DNA from: Antedon mediterranea
Lineage: Eukaryota; Animalia; Echinodermata
Length of the DNA stretch: 64,000 bases
Direction: 5' to 3'
Assembly (NCBI RefSeq): GCF_964355755.1
Contig: NC_092673.1
Span: 22,875,648 to 22,939,647 of the forward strand
Part shown: in pieces, positions 37,045-50,100 of the stretch
How the letters are laid out: each line of letters begins with the position of its first letter
How positions within the stretch are numbered: the stretch's first letter is position 1
The notes under the pieces: model-generated
The model's database searches: none
Told to the model about the DNA's origin: nothing
Seen by the model: only the letters and a program-made list of their open reading frames with translations
Made by a program: the position numbers and the translations under genes

Positions 37045-37955
37045 GGTAATTTTACTCAATAGATTTTATTGAATCCTTTATCGTGAGCTGGTTTTAAGTA
37101 TACATTATAGTCCCTAATATTAATATCAATATTCTTAAAAATATCATTTTTGTATTATTATCTTTGAAAATCTATAATTAAATTGATCATGATTACCATA
37201 GTCAATTTACTTTCTACTGTATACTATGGATTAACGTATTCACAATTATTGTGAGGAGTAAATGCGCTGGTTTCTGGATCAAAAATCAAAAGACTAAAAT
37301 TAAAATATTTTTATAGATTCTGTAAGTAAATGCGATGTTATCATAGATTGATTGTACGATTTTTAGTTGTATTTTGTGCACACTACTATTTCGTAGGGTC
37401 TTCCTTGGCTTTTCCGCGCGCGGTATTCTCTCTGTTATGGTCTTTAGAAACACCCTTCAATAGAGGGCGACATTAAAAAAAATATTATACAAAATTTGTT
37501 TTCGGTATTTAGATTATTTTATTTTGTTTTCGGTTTGTTTTCGGTTGTTTTTAGTTGTTTATGGTTGTTTTCGGTTGTTTTGTTGTTTTCGGTAATTAGA
37601 CTGACCGCAATCTTTGCCTATATTTGCATTGCGACGAACATTCGTGAAATGATGATGGGATGATGAAAGTTTCTGTGAAAGCTAGATATCATGAAATGAT
37701 TTTATATGCCTATTATGGTAAACACTTTACAAAGTAATGGGATTTTCCCCAACAGGAAAACTGGATCTTGTTATCATTAATGCCACCCTGCCCTGCGGCG
37801 TGGTAGTAATGCCGGTGGTATACCATAGCCTAGCTAGGCCCATATTGGCGTTTGCCATGTTCGCTCAAATACGAGTACAACAACTGGTCTTTGACTTTTG
37901 TTACTGTAGGCCTATGTACAGTAACTTAAAAAACACTGGGCAACACTCATAATAC

Positions 37956-38630
37956 GGGTCCTCCTAAATACCAAGACCTACCAAGAACTACCAAGAGTAA
38001 GACCTACCAAGACCTATCAATTTAAAGTTTTAATTTAACGAAATATGATATATATATACTTCTAATAGCATTTCCACCAATAAAACCTAAATTTTAGCGC
38101 GATATAGACAAGAAAAATGTTAAATAATCGACAAGCTTCGCGTTCACGAAACGAACTGAGTTGATGCATACATTGCGTCACAAATGTCCGTATTGCGTCA
38201 ACTAGTAAGAACTACCGAGACCTGTCAATTTAAAGTATTAATTTAACGAAATATGTTGTATATTATAGACTTCTAATAGCATTTCCAACAATAAAACCAA
38301 AATTTTTAGCGCGATATAGGCACCAAAAATGTTAAATTTAGGCCTACGACACAGGAGAGATGCGTCGAGTGTCAGTGAGCCATACTAGTTGACGCAATAC
38401 GGACATTTGTGACGCAATGTATGCATCAACTCAGTTGGTTTCGCGAAGCTTGTCGATATTTAACATTTTGGTGTCTATATCGCGCTAAAATTTAGGTTTT
38501 ATTGTAGGAAATGCTATAAGAAGTCTATAGATATCATATTTCGTTAAATTAACACTTTAAATTGACAGGTCTTGGTAGGTCTTGGTAGTTTTTGGTAGTT
38601 CTTGGTAGGTCTTGGTATTTAGGAGGACCC
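37956..38630. mobile_element. Foldback MITE, almost entirely palindromic
   Basis: GGGTCCTCCTAAATACCAAGACC...GGTCTTGGTATTTAGGAGGACCC, arms of about 250 bp, and an 8-bp TSD CATAATAC. Confidence 0.88.
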
Positions 38631-40069
38631 CATAATACCTGTCAAAATTTATATTTCAACAATTGTTGTTTCAGTATAACTACAAAAATAAAAACAGAGC
38701 AACAAAATACAGGATAATAAATAAATAAAAATAAATAAAACTTGCAGATACATCCTCATAGAGATGTCTGTAGCTTGTTTACTACATTAATTAATTAGTT
38801 GAGAGAGGTAATGCTGATAAGGCGTCATGTCCAAATGTTTTCAAACTGACAAAGCGCGTTAATCGCGTTTTCTTTTGTTTTAGCGTTAGCGTGAAAATTC
38901 TAAAATCGTCAGACCGTTTGGAAAATGGACAATATGCATAGCTTGTAATAGTTCCGCCCACTAACATGCTTGACTGATTTTTACGAATCGAAACGTCGTT
39001 GCGAATCGCTTCGTGAACGTCGTTTAACGATGAGTCATCACAAACAGGCCCAAACAATTCCCGTTTCAGTTTGCCTTTTAATTAAGAGAGTTTGTAGCTG
39101 AATTGTATTCCAGGGGTGGTGATCTCAAACATCATTCTAAAATGTTTATAAGTTCGTAACCTCAATAAATAATTTAATATTAATAATAAACAGGGGCCTG
39201 GAATGTTTTTTAGTCGCTTTCTTTTACATAGCCGACTGAAAATATCATTAGGAAGTTCATACGATGAACTAAGCACCTATAATAAGCAACACGATGTGCC
39301 ACGCCACCGGTGAACTATTCACATCTCACTTCTAAATGCATTAGCGAACGTCTACAGTAGCCGATCGATAAAATCTAAAAATAGCAGCAGTGAATGCTCG
39401 GCCGACCGTCGGTGTTCGCGCGCTCATAGATTGCAGGCCGATAACATAAGAAAGGTAAACTTTAAGTACCTAGATGTTGGTCACGCGATATCCCCTTTCT
39501 CCTCCTGTTCACAGCTCACATGTTTTTACTTCAAATTCTGCCGGTCGGTAATCTTATTTAGATCATTGAAAAGATGACTGATCATTAATTTAATTCATTT
39601 AATGTTTGATTCTATTTTTGTGCTTTATTTTATTTTGTTTATCTTTATAAATTTGATTTATTTTAATTAAATTTTTATTGTTATATATGTCTCGTCATAT
39701 TGTAATTTTGTGAGGGTCCCTAATGATCAGCTTCGGCTGGATGGACCACCCTCGTAAATATTCTTGAAAATAAATATATAAATCATTGGCTATTTTTCCG
39801 TTGCACAAGGGCCTAGTTGTATTAATAATAATTATTATTATACTTATTAAACAAGGAATGTGAAGGCTTTTGAGCTTTGTCGTCGCTGTATTTTTTAATT
39901 TGTTAACTAAGTTAGAATTTACTAGCATAATATAATACTGTAAAACCAGACACTTTTGTGACATAAAACTTTTGCAAATTTGAAAAAAAAAAATCCATTG
40001 TGGATGCGATCTTCGTATATATCGAACATCCGTCGATACAGAAACGATGCCCACAAAAAAGATGGTATT

Positions 40070-40748
40070 CTAAATATGGTATCAAAACGTTCAAGTCGCT
40101 CAAAAAGATTGCCGACAGAGAAGACCGTAATTAATACAGACCTGGGTTTTTTGGCATGAAACGCGATACTACTCGATGTTTTACCTCAACCTCTAACATG
40201 ATATTTTTTAACTCAGTACGGCCAGCCGTCCATTAGAGGGTGGTGGATGCTGTGCTGACGACAATAAAACAGTAATTAAGATCGTGTACCTGGATTTCCT
40301 CTATTTATATCTAACCTGTTCCCAGAATCCACTCGCATGTTTTTCCCACTCCAGATTCTGGTCGGGCCTTTTTCTTTACACAATATCTTAATCATTTAAA
40401 AGGCCTATGACTGGAAAATCTTAACATGGAATATATATTTATTTTGCATATATTTTGTTGGTGTCCTAGCCTAGGTGTCGTTTTTTTTATAATTCGCTAT
40501 TGAACCCAAGGTAGGATTAAATAATTTATAGTGTAGGCCGCCGAAACTAGGCTAGCCTGAACTCTCTCTGTGTGAGCTGAGGTCCACGGGCCCAATGTCG
40601 TCTCGTCGGCTGATGTTTCCGGCCAAATTAGGATAACTGATGCGTAGGGCGGCTACAAAAATTGACGTTTTCCAGCTTTAAATAGGATTTTAATTAGCGA
40701 ACAATGCATTGTTTGTGTGTATTGTCCATGCTTCTAAAGGCGATGACA
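40070..40748. repeat. Second copy of dispersed repeat 7505-8187
   Basis: Colinear similarity in the same orientation. Confidence 0.8.
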
Positions 40749-40899
40749 CATGACATTTTAAAACAAACGACGTTTAACGCTAAACGCGCGTCTAACGGCT
40801 AAACAATTACAGTGGGCGGTGGGCGGTACAATACTAAATGCATAAATTAATTAGCTCTTTTACGATCGTTGCACGCGTTAAACGATCAAGCTATCAACG

Positions 40900-42510
40900 G
40901 TAAGTAAGTAAGTAAGTAATATTTATTGCTTTCCAAATACAGTACAAATAAATAAAACAGTATAATGTAAATGAAATAAAAAGAGAAACATTAAATATAA
41001 AAATACAAGACTAGACAAGAAAATAAGCATGGAAAGCAGGGGATGGCCCTTTAAGCCCAGAGGCTTGTTTCCAAAGGGGTCCCCAACATAATAAAATAAT
41101 ATTACAATAATTATACAAAAATATGGATCTATTATTATTTTATACAGTATTACAAATTAATTTAATTACATGTTAGATTTTATGCCGAATTCTGATAATC
41201 ATTATTATTACAAAAATATCTACTATTATTTACAAGAAAAGTCAATCATAATTTTAGGTCTATATAATTTGCATATTTGTTAATAAAAATTTCTTAAGAG
41301 TCCTTTTAAAACTATTGTGTGTAAAAATATTTTTTATTTCTATTGGTAATTTGTTCCACAGTGTGATTGCATTAATAAAAAAGGTCTTACTAACAGTATT
41401 CATTGGAACAATAAAATTACAATCTTTACCTCTAGTACCATGGTTATGATTTATCCTATTAAAATTATTTAACATAAAGTCTGGACAACTTTTTGTATAT
41501 ATTGTCTGTACGTGTTGTAGTGTCATTTGTTCGGCCCTGGTTTTAACATCTAATAAACCAAGAAAAGTATAATCGTCTTTGGTGATATGGTATCTATTAT
41601 GTTTCCCTAAGATGAATCTAATTACTTTATTTTGTGTTCTTTGAAGTTTAGTACGGGAATCCGCGGTTGTACCCCAGTACCAGGATGATATAGCATAATT
41701 TATATGGCTTAGAGCCAGGGCTTCCATTATGAGTTTACGAATACAGCGATCAAAGTTACGACAATTCCTATACGCAAATTTAATACGACCATTAACTTTC
41801 TTAATAATTGTTGAGACAATTAATTCACTATTAAGCCTATTGCTTAGTTCGATACCAAGGTATTTTATAGAGCTATTCAAAGAAATTGTATAGCCATTGT
41901 AAAGGACGCTAAAATTTGTGTAGTTCTTGAGAGACATCCTGGGACCAAACAACATTAGTTCAGTTTTTCCCATGTGAAGTGATAAATTATTGTCAATTAA
42001 CCATTTATTACAATTAGACAGATCCCTAGCAAGATTTTTACTGATGATATCAGGATCATGATGAGCATTGACAATTGCACTATCGTCAGCATATTGCATT
42101 AACAATGATGAGACGGACATAGGCATATCATTCACGTAGATGAGGAACAGGAGTGGTCCCAGGATGCTCCCTTGTGGCACTCCACATACAATTTCTGAAG
42201 GCTCTGAAACAGCCCCACCAATATTGACTGTTTGATGTCTACATTCCAGATATGATTTAAACCAGCTGACAGATTCGATTCCAATTTTTCTGAGTTTCTT
42301 ACAAAGTAAGTCATGACTAACGCAGTCAAAAGCTTTTTGGATGTCAATAAGTAAGATACCAGTAAATTTCCCTTTCGCTGTTTGAGTTTTGATGAAGTCT
42401 GTCAAGTGAATTAAACAGTGATCTGTTGAAAAGGACTGTCTGAAACCAGACTGAAAACGATATAAAAGCTTGTTCCTTTCCAAAAACTCATTTAATTGTG
42501 AGTGAACAAA
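40900..42510 (-). mobile_element. 5'-truncated L2/CR1-group LINE
   Basis: RT ORF 41260-42483, then a 3' UTR ending AATAAATA-(TTAC)n at 40900-40927. Confidence 0.85.
41260..42483 (-). CDS. LINE reverse transcriptase (truncated ORF2)
   Basis: FQSGFRQSFST, IDIQKAFD, GVPQGSILGPLLFLIYVND, YADD, KYLG, LWNKLP. Confidence 0.9.
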   Translation of the reverse strand: MERNKLLYRFQSGFRQSFSTDHCLIHLTDFIKTQTAKGKFTGILLIDIQKAFDCVSHDLLCKKLRKIGIESVSWFKSYLECRHQTVNIGGAVSEPSEIVCGVPQGSILGPLLFLIYVNDMPMSVSSLLMQYADDSAIVNAHHDPDIISKNLARDLSNCNKWLIDNNLSLHMGKTELMLFGPRMSLKNYTNFSVLYNGYTISLNSSIKYLGIELSNRLNSELIVSTIIKKVNGRIKFAYRNCRNFDRCIRKLIMEALALSHINYAISSWYWGTTADSRTKLQRTQNKVIRFILGKHNRYHITKDDYTFLGLLDVKTRAEQMTLQHVQTIYTKSCPDFMLNNFNRINHNHGTRGKDCNFIVPMNTVSKTFFINAITLWNKLPIEIKNIFTHNSFKRTLKKFLLTNMQII

Positions 42511-42599
42511 AATTTAAAGGGCTATCACACTAACTACTAGAACAAACCTTACTAAGGATAAATCTGATAAGTATGGAGATAGAAAGTACTCAAAAACTA

Positions 42600-44350
42600 A
42601 GAAATTTTCAGATAGATAGACCTACTATAGAAGATTGACTGTGAAGCCAACTTGCACTTTCCATCCATTTTGGTGACCGTTTGACGCGGTTTGTACGTTT
42701 GGAAACATTTGGACATGACGCCTAACATTGTAGATCTAGTAACACATGCTTTCATTAAATATTTTTTACAATAAAAATCAAAGATTTCTCCGAATTTGTC
42801 ATTTTCAGTGAATAAATTGTCTAGCATAAAGTGGTGTTTTACTTCGTGAGATCCATAATAAAAATTATCCAAATACATACTTAAAGACCCCTTCCCTGCA
42901 ATTTTGGACGTTTTTTGGAAAATAATACATATATATCACTTTAAAAACATTAAACCATGTCATTCCTTGTCTTAAATGTACGTTTTATGGTAAATTATGA
43001 TTAAAAATTAGGAAACAATGCACTACCTAAGTAGCTCACGCCGATCGACCTCTCGTGGACGGTCTTAGGCCTAGCCTAGCTAGGCTTAGTTTTGTAGGCC
43101 TAGCTGGTAAACATTGGTAACGTACGAACATCATACGCTAGCTATATACCTAGCCTGACGTTGTATAGTTGCTGCATTAATTGTCTTTCTATTTTTGCCA
43201 GACTCCGTTGATACAAATTGGGGAAAACCCGGTATTTTCGCTGAAAAGTTAGGAGTCTTCCATTTGTTTTGGCCTCACGATCGATCGAAAAGTGGGCGAA
43301 TTACAGGTGAAAAACAAAAATATCAATCCGCGCGCAATGCATTTTGGGATTTATAGCGGGCCACTATAATTATTAGAATCGACTTATTTTTCACATTTTT
43401 AACCGTTTAAAGACGAAAAAAGTTATCGCAATAGGACCATATAGTATTATTTTTACATTAAATATAGTTTGTGATCTTAAATTAGATCTAAAAAACGTAG
43501 GGAAGGGGGCTTTAAATTATTGTCTATGAGGTTGTTCTTAAGATCTAAGTATACATCATTTCTAACAGAGTTTAATGAAGGACATTTAAATAAAAAATGG
43601 TTTACTGTTTCTTTTTCGTTAGTACTACACATCTTACATAATTCTGTGTTATGATTTGACCAGGATTGTCTACGACCCTTAAGATCTAGAGAGTTTGATC
43701 TTGCTTTAAATTTTAAATTGATACTCTTAAAATTAGTTTTATCTAACAAATATTGTTCAAGGTTTGGAGTTCTAGTATATTTCGTTAACGTTGTTTTGCA
43801 TTGGGTCTTTGAAAACCACTCGTTATGATCAACCTGTTTATTGTTTTTCCTAAATGGCTTTATCCAGTTAATAGATGGTTCTTGATTAAATTTGTCTATA
43901 AAATTTGTTTTATTTAAAATATCTTTTACATTGGATAACCAATGCCATGTCATACTTTCTTGAACAGATAAAATTGCCTTGAAAAGTAATCGAGACCACC
44001 TACAATCTTCCATATTCTTTAATCTGTTAAAATATTGAACTCTGTAATCATTTTGTAGGGAAACAATACTTTGCCATCCCAAATCACCATACAATGCTTC
44101 TTCGGGCAACATTTCTTGGGGCTTTTAGTATTATTATTCTAGCCATTTTATATTGTAGATTCTCAATTTTGTCTTGTGAGGTTTTCCCATTAACAGAGCC
44201 AAACAGAGCTAGCATAGTTTATGGTAGGTAGTCCGTTCATTTTCCAAAGCAAATCGCCATAGTAGACTCTGTTAAAGTCTACTTGTTCCGATATTATGGA
44301 TTTGATGTAGGCAATTATACAGTACGGTTACCTTTTTTAATTACTTCATT
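42600..44350 (-). pseudogene. Degenerate LINE ORF2 C-terminal region with CCHC knuckle, split by a MITE
   Basis: EALYGDLGW...RWSRLLF...FKARSNSL...CKMCSTNEKETVNHFLFKCP. The frame resumes left of 42881. Confidence 0.8.
42885..43511. mobile_element. Kolobok-like MITE
   Basis: TTAA|AGACCCCTTCCCT...AGGGAAGGGGGCT|TTAA; interrupts the LINE frame. Confidence 0.8.
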
Positions 44351-44927
44351 TATATGATATACATCATCAGGGTCAGAAAAACATCGATAAGCCTTGAAAT
44401 AAATAGACTTGTGGCAAGTCTACAGAAAGTGAGATACTGGTTGGTAAAGTTTGGCTAGTATGCGTTCCTATTTATGGGCGTCCCTGATATTGCGCAACAT
44501 GGCCAGCAGGCGGCGAAAATATTTTTCCAAAACTTTCTCTAAAGAGAGGGAGGGAGGGATGTGACATAACTCGCGAAACATGGCCGTTAACTGTTATTTT
44601 TTGTCTTTTTTATTGTCGGGTGCGGCCCCTCAATAAACTTTAGTGCGCCAATGTGAGCACGTACCATTCAGCGGTTTCGGAGGAAATACCTAAAATTATG
44701 CGACCAATTTAGTAGCATTAATAATAATAATATATGATGAGTTTATGACACGGTAAGGGAGATTTTAACTGACTATATTACAATGCACCGTATTTCTTAC
44801 GGCAGATATTTGAATAGATACAAATAAAGTAGGCCTACAGTATGTTACAAAATTTAATATACTACTTTGTATAACACAAAATACACTACTTGAACTTCTG
44901 GTCAAAGGTTTACATTCAAAAACCTAC

Positions 44928-44960
44928 CTCAGCAGACGATGATCCAATTCCAAGACTCAT
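44928..44960 (-). CDS. Candidate first coding exon of the RRM-domain gene (exon 44928-44988; MSLGIGSSSAE)
   Basis: Minus strand: ttttttaatttttag|GTGCAC...AAAACAAT-ATG AGT CTT GGA ATT GGA TCA TCG TCT GCT GAG|gtaggt. The phase-0 donor matches the phase-0 acceptors of exons A and A'. The link itself is inferred. Confidence 0.5.
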
Positions 44961-45600
44961 ATTGTTTTCTTGCTAAAACCCAGTGCACCTAAAAATTAAA
45001 AAATGTGATAGGTTTACGCTTCTGTTACGTGTTATACTCAATGCGATAACTGAACTTGTTTAGCTGCTAACGAGACTAATTTTTTTAATTTGCGGAACTA
45101 GAGATAGGGGCATAGATGTCATGTGTTGCGTGCGTCTGGCCAGATGAAAGGGGCTACCCGTACATTTATAGATCTTGTGCCGCACAATAATTAAAAAGAT
45201 GAAGGTGTTTCAAAATGACCAGGTACAATTACTTTGAAAGCATGGTGAAGGGATTTCAATGTACTGGTATATAGTGGCACATACTTTTGTGTTATATTCC
45301 TGTGCTTGGAGGATGACTGTTGTTGATGAAAGATTCTGTTGGTGAGAGGATGCATTAATTCCCCGTATGGGTAATGCATACTCTCACCAACAGAATCCTT
45401 CTACAGATGTTGATGTTGGAAGAGAATGTTGGGCCAGTGTCTGTACTCACATTAGCCATGTATGTGGCAACGCTGTTTAGTCTAATAATAGTGCATCTAT
45501 TTGTCTGATGGCTTAGTTTTATCAACTATGAACTTGTCTTGGAAAAAACTTATATAATAAAAATTGTCCTAAATATTAAAAACCTAACCCTCTCAATTAA

Positions 45601-47124
45601 AGGGGGGTTCCCGGTTTAAAATGAATAGTAACAAATATAAAATATATTTGTTTGTCTCGGTAAAAGTTTCAATTTATATAAGCGCCCAGTGAAGCAGAAC
45701 GAAGGCTGTGGAATGAGGCCAGATTACAAGTTAATCATACTGTGGTTACAGAATAGGAAATTCGTGAAATGGTCAATCTTCCGACGACTCGTTGCCATTA
45801 ACCATATCAATTACTTTTGTAAAATCATACTTATCTGATGTAATTTTAGTCGGTCTTCCCATTTATAAAGTCAATTTTCAATTGTGTAAAATCATTTGGA
45901 GATTCAGTTTATGTTTGCCGATTTTCGCACTGACTTAGGGAAAGCCTTCAAAATCAATGAAGCGTAATGTATACTGTACATTCCTGCTGAGGAGCGAGGC
46001 GACGATACACGTGCTCTCTGCTGCCCATGCCTGATAAGTAGATACAGTTAGTATACAATACCAAACTGGTCGGGTCGAGTATACCCCGTCTATAATCACA
46101 ACATGAACGATGTACAGTACTTGGTTGAAGGTCGACTCAACCTACCGGAATGGTATAGATAATATAGCTCGAATGAGAGAGTTGGAATATTTGTAAACAT
46201 AAGTATTGCTAATTTTAACAAGTGTAGCCTATAGTAAAAGGCCTGGTAGTATCAATTCGCATAGGGTCTAACACTAGCTAGCTCAATTTTTAACTATGCC
46301 GGATCGGCTAGTAGGTCTCCTTCCTACTACTAGGCCTAGGTCTATTTGCTTGATGTAGTATCCGCTTTTTAGGAGAGTAAGCTATTTTAGGCCTATACGA
46401 TCGGGACACCATACGTGCGGACGGCGATCGGACCTTGTTTTGCCTCAATATTTACAGACGATTTTGTAGAACGTTTTAAGTTTAGATTGTTTAGGAGTTT
46501 GGTTGATAGAATGGGTTTGGAATCCACTGAGTTTTAGTGTTATTTATGGGCCAATCGTCTAGTAGTAGTAGGCTAGCTAGGCCCACGGGCCCAATGTTTT
46601 AACGTAGCCATCGTGGCATGGCTCTCATCCATAAAAAAAAATGATTTAGGCTAGGCCTAGTACGTGAAGCCGATATTAATACGATCTGTACTATAGAGGT
46701 ATAAAAATAGTATAATTTATGACTCCATGATCTGTACTAAATTTTGTATTTCATTAAACGTCAAATAAATATATGCTACTACTGTTAGAAAATCTAAAAA
46801 AAATTTATTTCACAATGATTGGGTGGTAGTCGTTTGACAGAGGGGAGAGAGATGTAAATTAGTTGACAAACACAACGTACATGACTTCGCGAGTTTGAAA
46901 TCCACTGATGACGTGATTTTGTGAATATCTCTTGAATATTACTGAGCTTCCTTAAGCTGCTGAAAAACAGACTTTCCATAAATTTACCCTAAAATGTATA
47001 TGAAATTTTATTTTTTTAATTTCTCGTTATTACTTCTTCATTCTGACATGTCTATATTGTTATAATATTTTTTATTTAATAAATAAACGATATTTAAAAG
47101 CAATTTTAAACCCAGAATCCCCCT
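45601..47124. mobile_element. Kolobok-like non-autonomous element
   Basis: TTAA|AGGGGGGTTCCCGGTTTAAAAT...ATTTTAAACCCAGAATCCCCCT|TTAA. Confidence 0.7.
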
Positions 47125-50100
47125 TTAAATAATCTCTCTCAAACTCAAAAAAATCCAATCAGAACAGGGTTGACATCTTTTTTATACTCGTAAGTCCTAT
47201 CCATCATCTTCATGATCATTTTGAACTTTGAAATTTGTTTGGGTGACATTTCCGAGCATCCCAATGCTTCCGAACATGTTGCTTCTGAAGACATGCCGAA
47301 TGTGACAGGTCTTTTAAATAAAATATAAAAATTCACTTTTTGGCTCAGATATATACTGTTTCGTATGTTTTTCAGCGTTTCCACCAACCCGCTTGAAACC
47401 ATTCTAAGGCGTTCCATGCGAAACAATGTCAAATTGTTGGGTACAACGTAAAATTGTTGGCTACATACAACATACATTTCTGGAGAATTTTAGGTAATTA
47501 GCTGATTTTTCACTACGAAAGTAATTGAGAGTGTTACGTGTATGGCCTTTAGTCGTGTGCAGTGCCACCTACTGGTGGTTCCGGGAACATTGCGTCCAAC
47601 ATGGCATTTATTTTTAACCAGCAGCAGCTTTGAATCGCGGTGCGGTGCGCTCTAATAAACAAAACAGAAAGAATAAAAAAAGACAGGAATAATTAAACCA
47701 AACTATAACCATTTAACTAAAACTATTTGCAAGCAACAATACAATATTATAAATCTATCATTGGGAGTAGGCCTACTTTACAGAGTACCGTTTCTCACAT
47801 GAAGAGCTTAGATATTTTTTACAAAATTTCTCAAATAAACTATTGTTACATAATTTGCAAATACATGTGGTTTCATTTGAGCGCTTACATGTTACAATCA
47901 AGTTGTTTGATCTACAGTAGCCTTAAACTTTAAATAATACTTAAACTTAACTGGGACCATAACATTGTTTTTAATTATGTTCAGAAATAGTGTGTATGCA
48001 ATAGGTCACATTTACCTACAGGTGTATAGATAAAATAAAAAAGTGCACAAGTCGAATGAAAAATACAATGCAGCGGAAACACGACCTCATTGCCCATTGC
48101 TCACACATTTCCGTAATTGTTCATGTTCATTTGGATTCATTTTGTTTGTGTTTATTATTTATTTATTTACCTATTTTTTTATATGTTGCTAATTTTATAG
48201 GCCTAATTAAATTTTGGTCTCGTTTTCATTTTTTTGCTTTAAGAGGTGATACTTATTATTTACACATTTTGCGGATTCTAATTCCAATGTACCATTGATA
48301 ACAATTGCGACAGCATTTTACTCACTGAAATAGCCGTGATTTACGCAATTCGCTCTGTTCAAAGGATAGGTGTAATTAATTAAAACTTCAACGACACGAT
48401 CAGTTGATACGGTTGGCCGGCTGCCGAGACTAAACACTGTTTTAATTTGGCGGCCGGAATGGTATTTTGTAGACGGCATGGCAGTACACAACAGAGGAGG
48501 TTGCATAGTTGATACTGTACGTGACGTAACAACTCGTGAAACATTTCAAATTATTAATTGTTATTCGTCTTAGTGCAGGGCCTGATAGATCTGTGTTCAA
48601 TATGGTAAAATCGATCATCATGTTTTATTTTGGTCCCAATAAAATTGAGTATTCGGTATGGAGCATCGCTGATACGCTTGGGGTTGTGTTTACATTTATT
48701 TGTCTGTCTGCTGTTTATATGTGATGGCAATTTAAAAATCATTATTAAACAGTTTTTAAACTCTGTAATTGGTTCTGGTGATTTGTTACGTACTATATAA
48801 GGGATGAATGTTTATTTAGGCCTAATTTATTTTTGTTTTCAAAAAATACTTAAATTGTCTGTCAGATTATTGGGTTATAAATAAACGTTTCTTTTCTGTT
48901 TTTATACAAGAATAAATATTATTTTTTTGTTACAGAAGTAAATAATTGTTGTATTTAAAGTAAAATACAACAAGAATTCATACTTGTGCAATTGAAATTG
49001 AAAAATAAAAAATACTGAATCTGTAAAAAAAGATGATGTGCTTAATATTAAATAATTTAAATAAAAATGATGTCTAAATAATATTACTTTATTATACTAA
49101 ACAGACTCAATTTCTGTCACTTTAGTTTATTTTATTGCTGGGGGTCACTTCATCAAGCCTAGATGCTTCAAGTGTCAACAAATTGTATCCTATTGCAAAC
49201 AAAAACTTTACTATTATATGGACTGTTTTGATAATAATTCAATGATTATCTGACAGTGAATTACATAATACCAGAAATAATGTTTTGATTATTTGACAGT
49301 GAATTATTATAATACTGGCCTATGTTGACAGCAAGAACAATTCATTATTTATTGAACAAGATTTTACAGATTACTGTCTACATGCATCTATAATACTGTA
49401 TTATCAAATTTTTTCATAGACTCTCTTCTATCCCAGAGGTGCTTTGGGGTTTGTAAAGCATGACCCATCCTAGTTTACAAATAACCAAAAGTGTCGGGCT
49501 CTAGAACTATAACTGCTGCTTGCTTTAGATTCTGAATGAGTAATCCTCTTGGGACGTAGCTGGCTAAAGCAGCAGCGTGAAAAATCTAAAAATTAATCGC
49601 CGTGGCTAAAGATACGGTACCGTATCCTAACTTCCGATTACTAAAGATACGGTAAAATTGCATTACGTCATAATCAGCAAATGGGGTGCTGGTACGTGTG
49701 ACGTCATCGTATAAGGACTTTAGATTTTTTTCACATCGCGTCTGTAGAGAATGCCTATTGGCGGCGCCAGGCTGCATGGATGTGTGCGCTTATGATTCTG
49801 TGACTCAGCCTCGGGGCTATACCTAGTAATGTTGAATCCAGAATCGTCGATGCTGTAGTATGTAATAGAGCAAGATCATGTGATTGGTGGACGTTACATA
49901 AAGCGTTTAAATCATGCACTCAATCTCAAATATTATTTATACAACATTAAACACTTACACTACAGTAGAAATGTGTTGATAGCCAAATTATAAGTAAGGG
50001 AATTATAATTCAATGTTGCGTCTAGTAGTAGAGCAGTTAATGACATGAGCTGTGCATTTTATTACCAACGCATGAAACTTGGCACAAAGTTTCTTTGATG

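Larger units (their letters stand above)
35025..37607. mobile_element. Foldback/MULE-like element with long TIRs
   Basis: GGGTCAGTCTAATTACC...GGTAATTAGACTGACCG, inverted cgaaaacaa repeats, and a 10-bp TSD CAATCTTTGC. Confidence 0.88.
32558..37622. mobile_element. Old TIR element (outer shell) disrupted by later insertions
   Basis: Left caaagattgtgtggagccgctacacggggcaagatagataactg is an imperfect inverse of cagttatctgtcttgcgccatgtagcatcactatacaatctttg (34980-35023). The last bases are displaced to about 37622 by the 35025-37607 insertion. Confidence 0.55.

Noticed and set aside
42515-42530. Possible TSD (gctatca) for the 40900-42510 LINE
   Set aside because: Not flush with the element ends; too short to trust.
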